In this document: one piece after another, positions 12,407 through 27,170 of the stretch
How the letters are laid out: each line of letters starts with the position of its first letter
Position numbering within the stretch: position 1 is the first letter of the stretch
Assembly (NCBI GenBank): GCA_003344405.1
Contig: NOWV01000294.1
Coordinates: forward strand, 1 to 60,912
DNA length: 60,912 nt
Source: Trichoplax sp. H2
Taxonomy: Eukaryota
Direction: 5' to 3'
Notes under the pieces: model-generated
Seen by the model: the letters and a program-made list of their open reading frames with translations, nothing else
Database searches by the model: none
What the model was told of the DNA's origin: nothing
Translations under genes and position numbers: made by a program

Positions 12407-14209
12407 ATGGCAAATGTCAGTGGACTCTCGGGTGCTCCATTACCAAACAGGAAATCATCTGCAAGCGAAACAACTACCGATGAAGAAGAAAGTGGTTCAA
12501 GTGTACTTTCAGAAAATAGCAGCTCTAAGCCGTATGCAATAAGAAGATAATTCATGAATTTTCAACTTGCTTCACGGTTTTTGTACCATACTTTATTTCT
12601 AAGAGGGACTAAATTATTTTAAAATTAAAAGTACTTGCTTAAATCGTTCTATGTCTTAGAATGGCAAGTTTTTCCTTCATTGAATATGATACGATTTCCG
12701 AATTCTATAGTCATCGACAGAAAGCAGCCTATCTGCTGGTATCAAAATCAACTAACTACTCTTATTTCTTGGCAATAAGTTACTAAGTAGTGAAGTAATG
12801 CGATATAAAGCTATTTCAAGCTAAGATTAGTTTTAAGAATCAAAATTAATAAATTATAATCAATAGATGAAGCTTTCTGTATCCAGGTAATTATTCAGAT
12901 AGCTCGTCGATTGCCTAAGCAATTCATGAAGAGTTTTAGTAAGCTTTTTATGACAAAAGTAAAATTTGAAGGAAATGATCGTCAATCATCCTTATAGAAG
13001 TATCTTTATTTCAAATTACTGTGTAGGATCAGTTATCAGACCTAGATATGCCTATAATATTTTAGGATTAAAGTAAGATATCCCAACAAAGAGTGAAAAA
13101 ATGCCAATATAGTTTTTAGCTTGATTCAAGTTCATTTTTTTTATAGTTGTCGTAGTACCGTGCAGTTAGATTTGAAACATGACTGTTTACTTTCCGTGAT
13201 TATTTACTTCTGTCCCCATCATAATCCACAATTTTAAAGATAAATTTCGGATCAGCACGCGTTAATTGAATAACTTAAACTTTTTAAAAATTTCATACCT
13301 AAATTCTTCACCTAAAATCTGGTGAAACTTAATAAACCAGCTCAATATTGATGCAAATTTGAGTAATAATTCATTAGTAAGTCAAACATTACTATAAAGT
13401 CATGAACACATTTAACTGAACTGAATCTATGGAAAAAAACCTTGTTTTCAATAACTTAAATTATCTTCCACTTTAGAGGACCTATGGTTTGGTCAAGCAC
13501 TCATAATTCGTATCTACTACGTGAAATCTTTGCTAATAAACCGTGGATACATCGTTTTCAATCTGTTGATAGAGGCGCTGTCTGGCGAAAAATTGCTGAG
13601 AATTTAAACGCATGCCAATCAACAATATTCCGCGTTGATCATAGGAGTGTTCGCGACCATTATAATGTCTTAAAAAATAAATACCACAAAAAGCAAAGGG
13701 ATAAAACCTGGTCAGGTGGAATTGGATTAGAAGAAATGGATGATGAGAGATTACTAGCTGAAACTATAGACAGATTTGCGGAGTACGACTGGCAACACTG
13801 TAAGAAACAACGAGCAGCATTGCAGGATAAACAAAAGAAATCACAGCGCACATTGATAGAGAACCTTAGTAAAACATTTAACAGCCGAGACTGTTTGGAA
13901 AATGATGGGGATGAGCCTGCATCTCCTAGTAAAATCGCAATCATGGATACCAGCATTTGCCTTATAACAGAAAAAAGTGATCGGGATCGACAACTAAAAC
14001 TGAAAGAGATGACACTTTTATCTGACTTATATAAAAACTTGATGGAGAAAATACAGGAAAACTTTAAAGAACAAAGGCACACTCAAGAAAAATATCTGGA
14101 GGTTATAGAGGAGAGTCAAAGGCAAACAAAGACATTAATTAGTAATCAACTTGAAATGATACGGGTGCTAGCTAACATACTAGAAATGCAACAGGAAAAG
14201 TATCAGTAA
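12407..14209 (+). CDS. Myb/SANT-like (MADF/trihelix-type) DNA-binding protein with C-terminal coiled coil, 285 aa, 2 exons
   Basis: join(12407..12531,13477..14209), phase-2 GT-AG intron giving ...SSKP-GPMVW. Domain pattern W...LLREI...PW....RGAVWRKIAENLN...F.V..RSVRDHY..L...SGG is typical of Myb/SANT-like proteins of PIF/Harbinger systems. E/K/Q-rich tail. Confidence 0.75.
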
Positions 14210-17200
14210 TTACTAGAAAGAAATTACCATAAAGCATGAATTAATAATATCAAAACTACAGTAGTAACAAATTTCAAACTGCCCATCTGAGAAAATCATT
14301 TAACTCACGCCTTATTTGCACTATTTATATCGTAATAAGGACATTCCGAAAGATATCTTGTTTATAAACTTTAACTGTCGAATAAGCTTTTTTCTGGTAA
14401 CGTAATAAACATGAAGTAACTAATATTATAAATTATTGTATTAATATTCCTTTCAAGAGTGTTTTATACTGACGTATAGTAATTGAAATAATCATCTGGT
14501 AAAGCTTGTCAACATTTATTAAATCCGAACTTGAAGGCTAATTACGCAAAGAATAGTACATTATTTGTGCAATTGATTAATGCAATATGAAATCGACAAT
14601 ACTACGCGTATGTTATGAAAATAAAACCAGAGCAAGTAAATTTACGTTTCTGTTTTCCAATTGGTTAAAAAGAAAATGCCAGTAAAAACGTAGTTATCAA
14701 GTAGAAATAATGAATGGAGCTAGGTTTTTGTCGATAATGCTTCCGTGTGTAGAACGAGCAGGCAATTTTGCAGCCATTTATAAGAGAACTTATCATACTA
14801 CAACAAGCTATCGGCTTATAATCTATATTTAATTAATAACTCTTTACGCTATTTTAAAAAGTAATATCCAATAAAACCTTACTTATTATTCGTTAAAAGT
14901 GTTTCTATTTGAATCACTACATTATATTGGCAGTGGCAAACAGTTACTTTTAAGCACACTTCTGTAAATGTGTGATTTATAAAGACCAAGGGCAAATGCG
15001 AATTGATTTTTTATCACTGATTAATCGCAATTTAAATGCAGTCCTTTGATAATTTCACGTTTCAATTTTTAAGGTACGGTATCATGAAGGTCAATCACAA
15101 GAGTATGTAATTATATATTATATTTTCGGAATTTACAATAGAACTAATAATTTGGCAATCAATCCTTTTCTGCTACTAAAATAAGACAATTTTTCAAGTT
15201 AAACAATTGCAACTCTGCAAACGTTTTAATGATGTAATAATGGAACAATAATTTTAAAGGAGAAAACTTCGTAACATTACAGTAAAATAAATCTTCGGAT
15301 AACCTAAGCTAGAGAATAGGACATCCAAAGCTTAAATTCTATGATAAAATTATGTAATTCACACAACTTTTTCAACTATATGCTCTCTTCGTCCTACTAC
15401 TAATTTATATTGAAATCTAATTGCTCTGATATCAGCTAATAGCTAGTATTTATAGGAAATTTGAAAACTTGCTATACTCTGATGATAATACAAAAGTTTT
15501 AGTGATAGCATCAGTTATGAGGGATATTTGTTAAAAAACAGCAAAATCCAATTTTTCTCTATAGAATTATAGTAATGTTTAGTTTAACTCACAATGAAAA
15601 AAACATTCTCATGACTATGGGATTGACTTAGCAAATACAAACGATATTACTTAAAGAACTCCTATCTTAGGTATAACATTAACTTCCAAAAAGGTTGCCC
15701 TTTGAATCTGTACGCATTTAAATCCAAATTAGTTTACTTAAGCACAAAAACTAAAAGTTTTTCTTTATGCTTATTCTTTAATCATAAATTAGATCCTTTG
15801 ATATGGATGCACGCATTCACTCTTAAGAGAGATTCGTAAAATTTCCTTAGCAATTGTCTCCAATTATTAAAAAAAATTTCTATTTATTTTGCTGCACTTA
15901 TGTACCAGAATAGATAATAACATAAACAATGAAATTTTTACGGTATTAAACTAGCTAAAAAAGCATTGCAATTCAGATTCAATGCCACAGCTTGCACAGT
16001 TACGAAAATGAGTTCTAGGATATGTCATTTAACAGGCTTTTACGCATAAATACTGGTGTAAGAGCATACATCCGGTTACCATATATATAATCCATCTGAA
16101 CTTGTGATGCAGTCGTCATTTTACTAGTAATAAATATCTCTGCCTAACGATTATTTAAGATATTTAGTTGATGCTATTGGTTGAAATCATTATTTCTTTA
16201 ATATACAATAGCACAAAAATCACTAGTTCAAATATGAATAAGATCATTATAATTAAGATTGCGTCACATAACATTAATAAATTTTGCCTTTAGCTATAAT
16301 TATTATTATAAATACTAAAGTTGCAGTTGAATATATGAAATGCGATCTCAATTTACTACTTATCACAATAGTGAATAAATATTAAAGCAGCATGATACTA
16401 TATAGATAATAAATGTCTCTACTCACCGCAAATAAGAAAGATTTTACATTCATCTGCCATTATACCGTATTAAGCTTGGTAAATAGTGTTTCTCTAGAAA
16501 GGAATAATTAAACTTCGATATAAATAATAGTTAAACAATTTCCAGTCCTATTATAAATGTTTATTATCTTGAATAGGCAAGTGTCACAAAACAGCTTTGC
16601 AACAAGATAACGCAATATACGATCAATAAGTCAATTCCTTGAACCACGTATCAAGGAACGATATCTGCACTATCACAAACACTTTTGCTCTGCTAGCAGA
16701 CTACACAAAGACTTAAACGCCTCGTATTTTACGTTAAACACTAAGTTGGAGAAATTCTTCTTTATTTCACGATATACTGCATTTATATACTATTCCTCAA
16801 TAGTTCATGAGTCATAGTTAATACAATTAACATTAGAATCATATACTGAATTAGATATTAATTTTAGCTACTGCTCCCTTAATGCAGACAACAGTATTTA
16901 CGAACATAGACATGTAATGACTAATACAGAATAGTCAGATTAGGATATGTCCTATCACGGAACATTTCCATGATAATTTACAGTCTACCATAAGTAAATT
17001 ACAATCACAATGATTCGAACTGTAAGCAGATGATTTGCATTCCCTATTATAACTATTAATTTCAGTATATGTATAAGTGTCACTGTCATAAAAAGTCAGT
17101 GCTATGTTAAAACACAGTATATCCGAATTAGAAGTTAACTAAATAAGGATAGTCTAACAGAATTATCCTAACATAGTTATTTTTACTGTAATATAGTATT

Positions 17201-20200
17201 TAACACTGTAACAGCAAGCCTAATTCTGTAAATATTCATCTTCAAATGTGATATTAAACTTATCGTACTGAAATAATGATACATTCTCATTCATTTAATC
17301 GCAATCCATCCCAGAAGTTAATATCGAATAAATCGTTAGTAATATAATATCATTTATTTGCTTAAGAAGATGCTTAAGTCCATTTTACTGTGTACCACTA
17401 CTGCAGACTTAGAAAACTTCGCATTATAGATAGCAAATAAAACACTCAGTATAAATTTTTGACGATCGCCTGATCTATTTCATTAATCGATTGAAGGCGT
17501 AAAAACAGCATATTTACTGTAAATGATTTTTTCAGCTGGTTTACAACAATATATGGGAATTAATTGAGTTTAATGATTCAAATTACTTTATCAGATAAAA
17601 GTACCTCGATCCCGAACTGATTATGTTCTCTGAGCATAGAAAGACTTATAAAAGCAAAGTAGAAGTTTTACTCACGATTAATCTACCTATATCATCAATT
17701 ATATTGATATTATCCTCCAAAAGATTGAATCAAAGTAAATTGAAATCTTCTTTTCAAGCAATAATACTAATATCCACAGCTTATCAGGGACACTGTATGT
17801 GACTTATTGATTATCATCATACAATTTTACAGCATGCACACCGTAAAATGTTCTTTGTTAAATTTTACAGATTACCAAATTGGTTGGTATTCTTATAAGT
17901 CTATCCTGGTAATGCTAAAGCAAAAAAAAAATGACCTCTAGAATACTCGAGATTCAGTAAATAAAGTATACATTTTAAGTAGAGTCAACTTAGTTCTTTT
18001 TCCCCAATAGCTTCTAAATCTAAGATATTACCCTAATGAAATATCTTAAAATTGTTAAATAAATAAATGCGATATTAATAGAGAAGTTAATTTTCAATTA
18101 TTTTTAAACCGATATAGGCTTCTATTTGCCTATCAAACAAGCATTAATTGCCGTTGAATGCAAAATACATTTCCATTAAAAATTTAGCAAACAAACATAG
18201 AAAGAATTTCTAAGCTAACAATAGATGTTATTTGACATCTTTTCGTTGATCTCCGGAAGCATTTAAAAGGCAAATGCAAGACTGGTTATCCGTATGTTTA
18301 ATTAATCGACGGTAATTTTTACGTTCACTATACATGAAGAATTATCACAATGCGTTAAAATTTTTTGTTTTGTATCATGAATGTCGATCACCGGAAAGCA
18401 ATGGCACTTTTTCTCCTCCTTTCTTCTTAAGTACTAGATGTATTGAAATTTTCAATCAAAAATTAAAAGGAAATAGTACTTAAATATGTTGTCACGAATA
18501 ATATTTCCTTCAAGGATAAAAAAACTCAATATTTTTAAGCAGCCTATTATTATATTATAAGAATACCTAGCCTGGCATACTTGAAAAAGAAAATAATAAG
18601 TCACTAAAAATCCAATTTTTATAGATAATGCTCAAATACTTAAAGTAAGAGCAATATTCTCTCAATAGTAATCACGCTATGGTTGCATTAAAACCCCATT
18701 TGAACGGAAATGCAACTTGCGATCTTAAATCTAGATTTCAAAACTATTTATAAAATTGAACCTCTAGAATGAACTAACAAAGAAATTACCCTAATCCTAT
18801 CATATAATCGTATCGATTCGCGAAAGCTATTACTAATTGTCTATTTAATATCTCAAGATTCACAATTTGATAAAACGTTAATTTATTATTAAATGCGATC
18901 AAACCATATAGATTGAAAAAGTTGCAAGGTCTTCCACTAGGTAATCAAGTTCAAGAATAGCTTTTATCGTTGGCTTTGAACGATAGATTATAGACTAGTT
19001 GATATTAAATAAAACTGTTGAATTCATTGTAATAGTGATTATGATCAGTAGAACAATTATCAGGGAAAAAAGATATAATTTAACTTATATCCGTATTTGA
19101 GCGCAGCTATCTAAGTAAGTACCATGCGTTATATAATAAAAAAATAGACATATGCGTAATATTAGTAAGTAACTATGAAAATCATTCCCATATTAATTTT
19201 TTTGCCAACCATAAATGATGTTTACTGAAATTGCTATTTCATATTTGAAAGGAGAATTCTAATTGGTTAGTAATAAATATTTCACGCAATGTCAATATTT
19301 TTAAATAATTTCTCAATTGATGAGTAAAATAAATCCAACATTAAAACTTATATTAATATTTTCAAAACAAAATTGACAATGCTTGCCGAAATAACTATTG
19401 CCAATGATTTTAGGCAGAAATTATTTTAGCAATCATTAATGCTATATACTATACTAGATAGACATGTAGCCAAAGCACTACCAATAAAATTTAACAGTTG
19501 GAGAAACTGATTCATAGATTTAGATTCATATTGACGGATAACCTTTATTGCTCCTCTATTCATCTATTTGATGAATCGAAAGCACGCATCTCCGATAATA
19601 CAAGTTATCTTCAATTTTACGTTATTTCAAATACATTTTCATTACGTATTTATAATAAATTGTTCTATTAATTAAATAATACCATCTCCTTTATTAAATT
19701 TTTTCATTCATTCTAGTAACTTTGAACGCGGCGATAAGTAAATAAAGGGGCTGCTGAATTTATGAAAACTACTTTATAAAATATTGTGTCTAAATATAGT
19801 TCTATTACTCATATAAAATTGGCTTTAAAAAATTACACTACATTTTACAGGCAATATTACTAAAGCAGATTATGCAAAAGCTTATTAATCTTGAATTAAA
19901 GATTCTCAAAGTCAGACAGCTTCAATACATGGTTAGATATCATACTTATTTACTGCTTGTATGTATCCTCTAAGATACTACTCAAAAATTTATTCGTACA
20001 TCGCTGACGATATACGTAGACGAGTCCTAATATTGATTTATCACGCCTATACTAAAGTTATCTGTCGTAATAACAGTAGTAGGAACAATAACCATACCTA
20101 GACTCTATTTCAAATGCAACTATTAATGATGACAAGTACAGTTCATATCGAGTTTGTTAGTACGAAGCCGAAGTACTCGTCATAATAGTAAACAAATATA

Positions 20201-23184
20201 ATTATGATCTAATAATGATTATACGAGTATAATTGGCTATATAACAGCATTTTTTTCTATACGGGTGTTTGCTGATGGTCAATTAATTGATTGTTATTTC
20301 ATACTACTTTCCTACCCAATATGAGCCTAAGCTAAAATAAATAATTATAGCGGCTTAGCAAAAGATAACTCATACTACGATCATAGGCAAAATTGTGGTA
20401 TAAATCCAATTGCTATAATTTACGCATTAAATCTGATTTAGATACCAGATTACTACAATAATTACGAAATGTACTTAATGATCATTCTTAAATCCATACA
20501 ACGTAAGATCGATTTAATCTAAGCTTATCATATCTTTCATGGTTCTGTATTTCTGTAACTACAGAAGCAGGCATTAATAATAATCTTACTTCTCGCGTAA
20601 CTCTCGAATTCGGAACTTAGTGGCTATTAATAACTTTAATATCGGAGGAAATGACAGATAAATTTCATTGATAAAATCTGAATAATTTATAAATTTATAC
20701 TATAGACTATAGAATATAGTAACAAATTATATATCTCTCAAGATGAAATGGATATAATAATTGATGGAACAAATTTAGTATTTAAAAGCTACACAATTCC
20801 GAGAATATCGTAGTTATGACACAAAAGAAAGCGGAATATTTACGAATATTGATAGGATAAAGTATTGTATGATGGTATGTTAGTAAATAAAGTTAAACCG
20901 ATTTTAAAAATTTAAAATGAATTAGCATTGTTCAGTTCATGCCATTCTGTGTTGATGAAAGCTAGTCTGCAACCTATGTATTTATGAGATAGCACAAAAA
21001 ACGTAGAGCATCGTTGTGTTACCCACATCATTCAAGTTTTCGAAGCATCTACTATAAAAATTTATTATTATTGTACACAATAACCAGCGTATTATATCCT
21101 CTACCTAATTCACGGACAATTCAGGCTCTTATAAATGTGTTAATTTCTACAGTATATTCTCTTTTTAGTCTTGACATTTACATTGGGAAACAACCTATTT
21201 TCTTTCTACTTCCATTTTGAAGTAGAGAGTTCGGTATTGAATTGGAAGATACGTATATTAAATTAAAGATATTTAATACGCGGAACGACAAACAAACATT
21301 TATTTATGCAAGTTGATTCCTTAAAATTACTAAATTAATACAATTTTATCGAGTTATGTTCGATGATGCTATAATTTTAATTAATAGAAACTGCGTACAA
21401 TAATTTTTAGTTACTAATAATGTAGGACAGGATGAGAATATGGAAAGTGCAATCTTACTGCCTATAGCTTTACGTATATTTCGTTCCTTTCTAATTGATA
21501 ATGTAGGAGCGTAGCATCACGTATTAGATAATTAAACTAATATCCTACTATAATATTAATAAGTTGATATTGATACTATACTTAAAATAAGAGTAACACT
21601 TTTAATCTAAAATGTATAGCCGCAGTAATTAAATCTCGAAGTATTATCTCCAAGTGCTTATAATAAGATCACGTTCAATATCACAATAGAAGAATGATGT
21701 AGATTTTATACTGGAAATGAAAATGGAGTAAAGCTGTATTCTCATTGAACCATATTAAAGAAATTTAACAACCTAAGTGATACAAATAAAGTTCCATCTT
21801 AATATTATTCTATATTAAGGTTAATATAGTTCTGTTTTTTAATGTATTGTACTATTTGCTACTATCAATAGCATTATTTATATATATATAACATTTTATA
21901 ATTGTTATCAAACTATTAAATGCATTAATTTTATAACTTCCAGGGAAAAAAGTGTCAAGGATGCGTTACCCTAGTAGTTTGCATAATAATATAACAATTG
22001 TTAATTTCCTATTTATTAACCTAAACGACCTTAATCGTTTTATTCTTATAGGGTATAAAGGTAATAAGATCTTTTCAATCGGTTAGTGGATCAATTTTTG
22101 CCGACATTATTAATTAATAATCAATAACGGATAAATTTATTTAATTGTAGCGATTAAAGTATTTAGTCAATATACAAGACCGGAAAAGTAATAAAATATT
22201 GATGTGGTTAGTGTAATAAAATCTTTTGTTCATGCCAACTTTTGTATTTTTCTACCTTACTGTCGTTTAGTTGATTAATTTTCAATCTCCAGCTTATTGG
22301 CAAGTATATTTCTATAGTAAAGATAAACTTTATTCAGCTATTATTTCTCTACAGGTCTGTGTTATAATAATCAGTCAATATACGGCTAATACTTCAATGG
22401 CCAATTTAATCGGACTCAAAATTATTAATTAACTGCAAAGATTGAGTAAAATCCAATTCTAGGAATGCCGTGTTTCAAACCAGATCCAATGCACTAAAAA
22501 ATAAAGTGAAGTACTGTAAACCTATATAAGGAAAATGAAACGAACCCAATATATTTAATCGACCAATCCTATACGTACTTATCAGCTTTCTACCTTCGTA
22601 AACATGCTTACAAACTTTTCCCTTTAGCTTCCTTACTTTAATTTCAATTGGCAGCTGTTTCAATAAAGAAATAAAAATGTAGAAATCATAAATATTAACA
22701 TGTTTATCCGCTTGCTTAAATTTACTCAGTAAAGTGGAGTACTTGTATGTCTACGCGTTTATTTGATTGCTAGTGCTCCATTACTAAAATGCTTAACTGA
22801 CCAGACCTTTAAAATATATGTCGTGGCTTACTGTAATAGCAGCAGTCTGAGCTTAGCAAGGCCTCGATATCGCATAAAACATTGTTAAATTTTTTGTTTC
22901 GTTGCTTCCTTAACTTTATTAGCCTCCGTTTAGAACTTATTTAATCTCCGCCTGTAAAAATCAGCACAAGTATTCCAAGCACTACAAATCTGAAATATCT
23001 GGTGAATTTTGCCAATTATTTTAATCCCTTATTTTGTTATATTCTATGGCATGGTAACAGCTTTAGAACATTTTTACTAAGTAGGACACAATTCTGACTT
23101 TCAGTTATCATCGTTCAATCCAAGAACAGAACTGCACTTATTTCAATTTAAATTTTTTGGCCGATTACAAAGATAGACAGCAAG

Positions 23185-24768
23185 ATGACACTAGTACAAG
23201 TAATTGATACTTTAGTGCCAACTTTTATTCTTGAAAAAGGCTTTAAAGCGCCATCACTGCCTTTAGTCCTCGTAACGATGGTTATTAGTTCTGTTTTTTC
23301 CGTTATCATTAAAAGAAGGGAATATATTTCTCAGTATTTTCGCATTCGTAAAGCATTGCAACACTTTCCTGGCCCAAAACCTCACTGGCTCTTTGGAAAC
23401 ATTTTTCAACTGGGAAAGCCTAATGAAAATCGTATCAAGCTAATCCATAATCATGTTAAAAAATATGATAAATGTTATACGTACTGGTTTGGAATATTTC
23501 CAGTTTTGATATGTAGCCATCGCGGTGCCGCAAAATCAATCATAAAAGCTTCGGTACCGAAAGAAAGCTGGATCGGCAATTGGATGAGACCTTGGTTAGG
23601 TCATGGATTAATTCTTGCCAGTGGCAAACGTTGGGCAAGAAACCGAAAATTATTGACATCAGTATTCCACTTTCATAACTTAAAATCATATCTGAAAGTC
23701 TACAATGAATGCGCTAATATTTTAGTTAACAAATGGCGGCAATATGCTGATATGCCGCATAGTTTTGATGAACATCCTGATATCAAAATGCTATCTTTCG
23801 ATATCATATTACAATGCGTATTTTCTGTCAAGACAGATTGTCAAATAAATAAGACTCATCATCCATATCTTACAGCTGTCCAACAATTAACGCGTCTTGT
23901 GATCGATAGAGTATTAACATTGCATCATTACATTGACTGGATTTATCTCATATCGACAAAAGGGAAGCGTTATTATGATCTATGTGATGCTGTTCATTCA
24001 TTTGCCGATCAAATAATTCAAAAACGAGTTGAGAATTTAAGATCTCATAAAGACAACAAAATGACTGATCAACAAAAACATAAGAGGATCGATTTTATTG
24101 ACATCTTATTAACTGCTCGCGATGAAACCGGTCAAGGTCTTAAGCTACGCGAAATTCGTGATGAAGCCCACACATTTATGTTTGCGGGATATGATACTAC
24201 AGCAAGTGCATTAGGTTGGACTTTATACTGCTTGGCTAAATATGGTGAGCATCAAACTAAAGTGAGAGAAGAAATCGATGTCATCTTTAAGGATAAAGAT
24301 GACGTTGAATGGGACGATTTGTCGTCCTTAACATACACTACCATGTGCATTAAGGAAGCAATGAGATTATACACAACAGTACCTAGTGTAGAAAGAAAAT
24401 TAAATCGCGACATGACAATTGATAACAAGTTCGTTCCAGCTGGAACAACGGTCCGTATTTATCTTCACGCTTTATGTAATCGTGAAGATACATGGGAAAA
24501 TCCTACAGAATTTATACCTCAACGCTTCAATACTGAAAATTCGAAACTTCGAGATCCGTATGATTATATGCCATTTTCTGCAGGTCATCGTAACTGTATC
24601 GGTAAACATTTTGCCTTGAATGAAATGAAAGTAGCAGTGTCAAAAATTTTGCATCATTATGAGTTAGAAATTGACCATCAACGATTAGCAAAGCGATATC
24701 ACGCCATCGTAAGTCAACCGGAGAATGGGTTATGGATTAAAATTAAAAATCGTCAAAGGATACATTAA
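23185..24768 (+). CDS. Cytochrome P450, clan 4 (copy 1), intronless CDS
   Basis: N-terminal TM, PGPKPHWLFGN, I-helix FMFAGYDTTAS, EAMR, PQRF, heme motif FSAGHRNCIG. Confidence 0.96.
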   Translation: MTLVQVIDTLVPTFILEKGFKAPSLPLVLVTMVISSVFSVIIKRREYISQYFRIRKALQHFPGPKPHWLFGNIFQLGKPNENRIKLIHNHVKKYDKCYTYWFGIFPVLICSHRGAAKSIIKASVPKESWIGNWMRPWLGHGLILASGKRWARNRKLLTSVFHFHNLKSYLKVYNECANILVNKWRQYADMPHSFDEHPDIKMLSFDIILQCVFSVKTDCQINKTHHPYLTAVQQLTRLVIDRVLTLHHYIDWIYLISTKGKRYYDLCDAVHSFADQIIQKRVENLRSHKDNKMTDQQKHKRIDFIDILLTARDETGQGLKLREIRDEAHTFMFAGYDTTASALGWTLYCLAKYGEHQTKVREEIDVIFKDKDDVEWDDLSSLTYTTMCIKEAMRLYTTVPSVERKLNRDMTIDNKFVPAGTTVRIYLHALCNREDTWENPTEFIPQRFNTENSKLRDPYDYMPFSAGHRNCIGKHFALNEMKVAVSKILHHYELEIDHQRLAKRYHAIVSQPENGLWIKIKNRQRIH

Positions 24769-26514
24769 TTTTAGCCATTACAATTACAATAACACTATTG
24801 ATTCACATAATTATTATGCGGCAATAAAAAGAATTTATAACTGATTATTTTTGAAAAAAGTAGCAATTATAGCTACATTCAATAAAAAGAATGAAATTAA
24901 AAATTTCAAGTTTTAATAAAAAATATTACGTGTTTCATACGGGTTGTTTTCATTCTAAATGTTTATCATTTTATTTAAGTGATTTATTAAAAAGTTCATT
25001 GTAATATACCATGATTACGGTATGGTAGCTCAGCCTTTACTAAGGTAATATGTCAATTTAGTTTGTATCCCGCTTTGAGAATTTAATTATAAATGTGTAT
25101 GATATAAAATTAAGTTATTCTGATCCAAATCTAATTATAGTACTAGGTATGATTAGCTGATAGCCATATATATTCACTGAATGAAAAAATGTCCAGCATT
25201 TCAATTTAATTCAAATTAGAAATAAAAAATTTTGATTTAAGAGGTATGACAATCAAAAGAAATTAATTTTATTGCATTGGCCCAATATGACATTTAGTCG
25301 AATGGTAGTAAGGTAATAAGGTTCATGAATATCGTTTTCGTACAATTTTTTAATTTATTAGCATAGATAGAGAAAGTCGTTAATGTTTCATAGTTAATAA
25401 GTACTGCGAATTATATTTCATGGTAGTCTAATTATGCATCTTCATAAATAGTGTCATTGCTAGCTAGCACTATATTTTAAATGAGTAGCATATGAATTTG
25501 AAAAGTGCGATGTATGAATAGCCCTTATGCCCTAGCTACTTTAAAATGATGCTTGAAAAAATAAGCTGAGTTAAGGTTTACGGTATAGTACATCAAACCC
25601 TTGAGGCAGGTAATGCTTTGCCAAGTTTTAAATAAAATATTTTATCAAAATATTTATGATTACTCTAAGATATATAGCACTTGCGTTTATTACACACGTT
25701 TTTGCTCCATTTACAGCTAAATACTCATGTTCTTAAGCTCTATTAAAGTCGATATGAATGATAAAAGTGATAGCATATTGCCAAACTTATACTTTGGCGT
25801 GATTGTAATCGAGAATTATTAAATAAAACAGACATTTAATTGCTACTCAATTGCAGTGCAGTCTCAAATTGGCTTAAGACAAAAAATGATAAGATCATGT
25901 AAAAATTATTACCGTTGAACATTTAATTGCTAGATTGTACTAGTATCTACTCTCAGATGATATTTATGGTGCATATTGTGGCCTTTTACGACCATTAATA
26001 TATTAGAATTTTAAAAAATTATAAGATTGCGTTAAGTTAAGATTATGAAGAATATATTAAGAAACTTTAAATAGAAGGGATGTCTAATAGTAATGCATAA
26101 TCGTATCGTATATTTTAGGAAAATTTTTAGCTTGATCATGCACATTAACCGGCACGATATGATTGAATTTATAAAAATAATCTTATAATTAATTATATCT
26201 AAATAGCGGATTTTGTTGTAGACCGAAAGTAGGTAGCCCTTCGTATTATTAGACGAAATAAGTTTCTTATTATACAATAAAATAAGGTTTCACTTAAAAA
26301 CTACTTATTGTTTTAATGTTCTTAAGATGCTATATGGTATTGCGATAAAGTATCTCCTAAAGAATAAAAAAAGAACTACAGTTTCTTTTAAACTTCAATT
26401 TATGACATTTATTCAGTTCGTGTTACAACTACTAAGGACTGTATAGCTTTTACAATTCTAATCTTAGACATATTTGGGACTGTACTACATAAATTTACCC
26501 AATCAATTAAATTT

Positions 26515-27170
26515 TTATCACCGGTCAATCGTGTGCAACCTCAACACTTTTAGACCTAATTGTATTAGGTTGCTAATTTCTTAGATTATCATTGAATTAT
26601 CACGATTGCTAAAAATGTGACTACTCAAAAAATAAGATTCACCGAGGAATTTTTTTTGAAATCATTACAATATTTATTAAGCAATAGTTACGCCCCATTG
26701 CTTGATTACACATTATCTATGTACGAGATTATACGTTGCCAACATCGTATAGGATAAGGATAATAGTGGAGATAGAATTGCAAGATAGGAATTGGCTTAT
26801 AACGATATAAGGCGATACCATATTGTTACAGAAAAGTAAATATAACGACAAATCATTCATTAAATATTGTTTCCGCACAATTTAGCTTACCTTGAGCATA
26901 TCTGTGCAATGTTACGCTCTCTTTACAAAATTTGGAAATACTATCTATAGAGTAAAGCGTATTACTGTAAATTTCGAATATCATCGACTGATATTGTTGC
27001 TCCAATTATGATGTCTATAATAACCCAAAGACTATGAATTAGGGTTCTATGTACTACCAGTGCATTACTCCTAATGTGGATAAAAATATTCCTTAAAGTT
27101 TTCAACTCCAAAGCAATCTTGTAATTGCGAATTGGCAAACAATATGAATAAGGTTAAGTAGTAGTTGCAC
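26515..27170 (+). pseudogene. Heavily decayed CYP4-clan relic
   Basis: Collinear frameshifted fragments: PV-IVCN (~26521; cf. FPVLICSH), SGDR.AR-RN.LIT (~26764; cf. SGKRWARNRKLLT), NC-IGKQ-MN.V-VVVA (27121-27169; cf. RNCIGQQFAMNEIKVVVA). Confidence 0.45.

Noticed and set aside
16420..16500. Minus-strand first exon MADECKIFLIC followed by GTGAGT
   Set aside because: I could not link it to any in-frame downstream exon.
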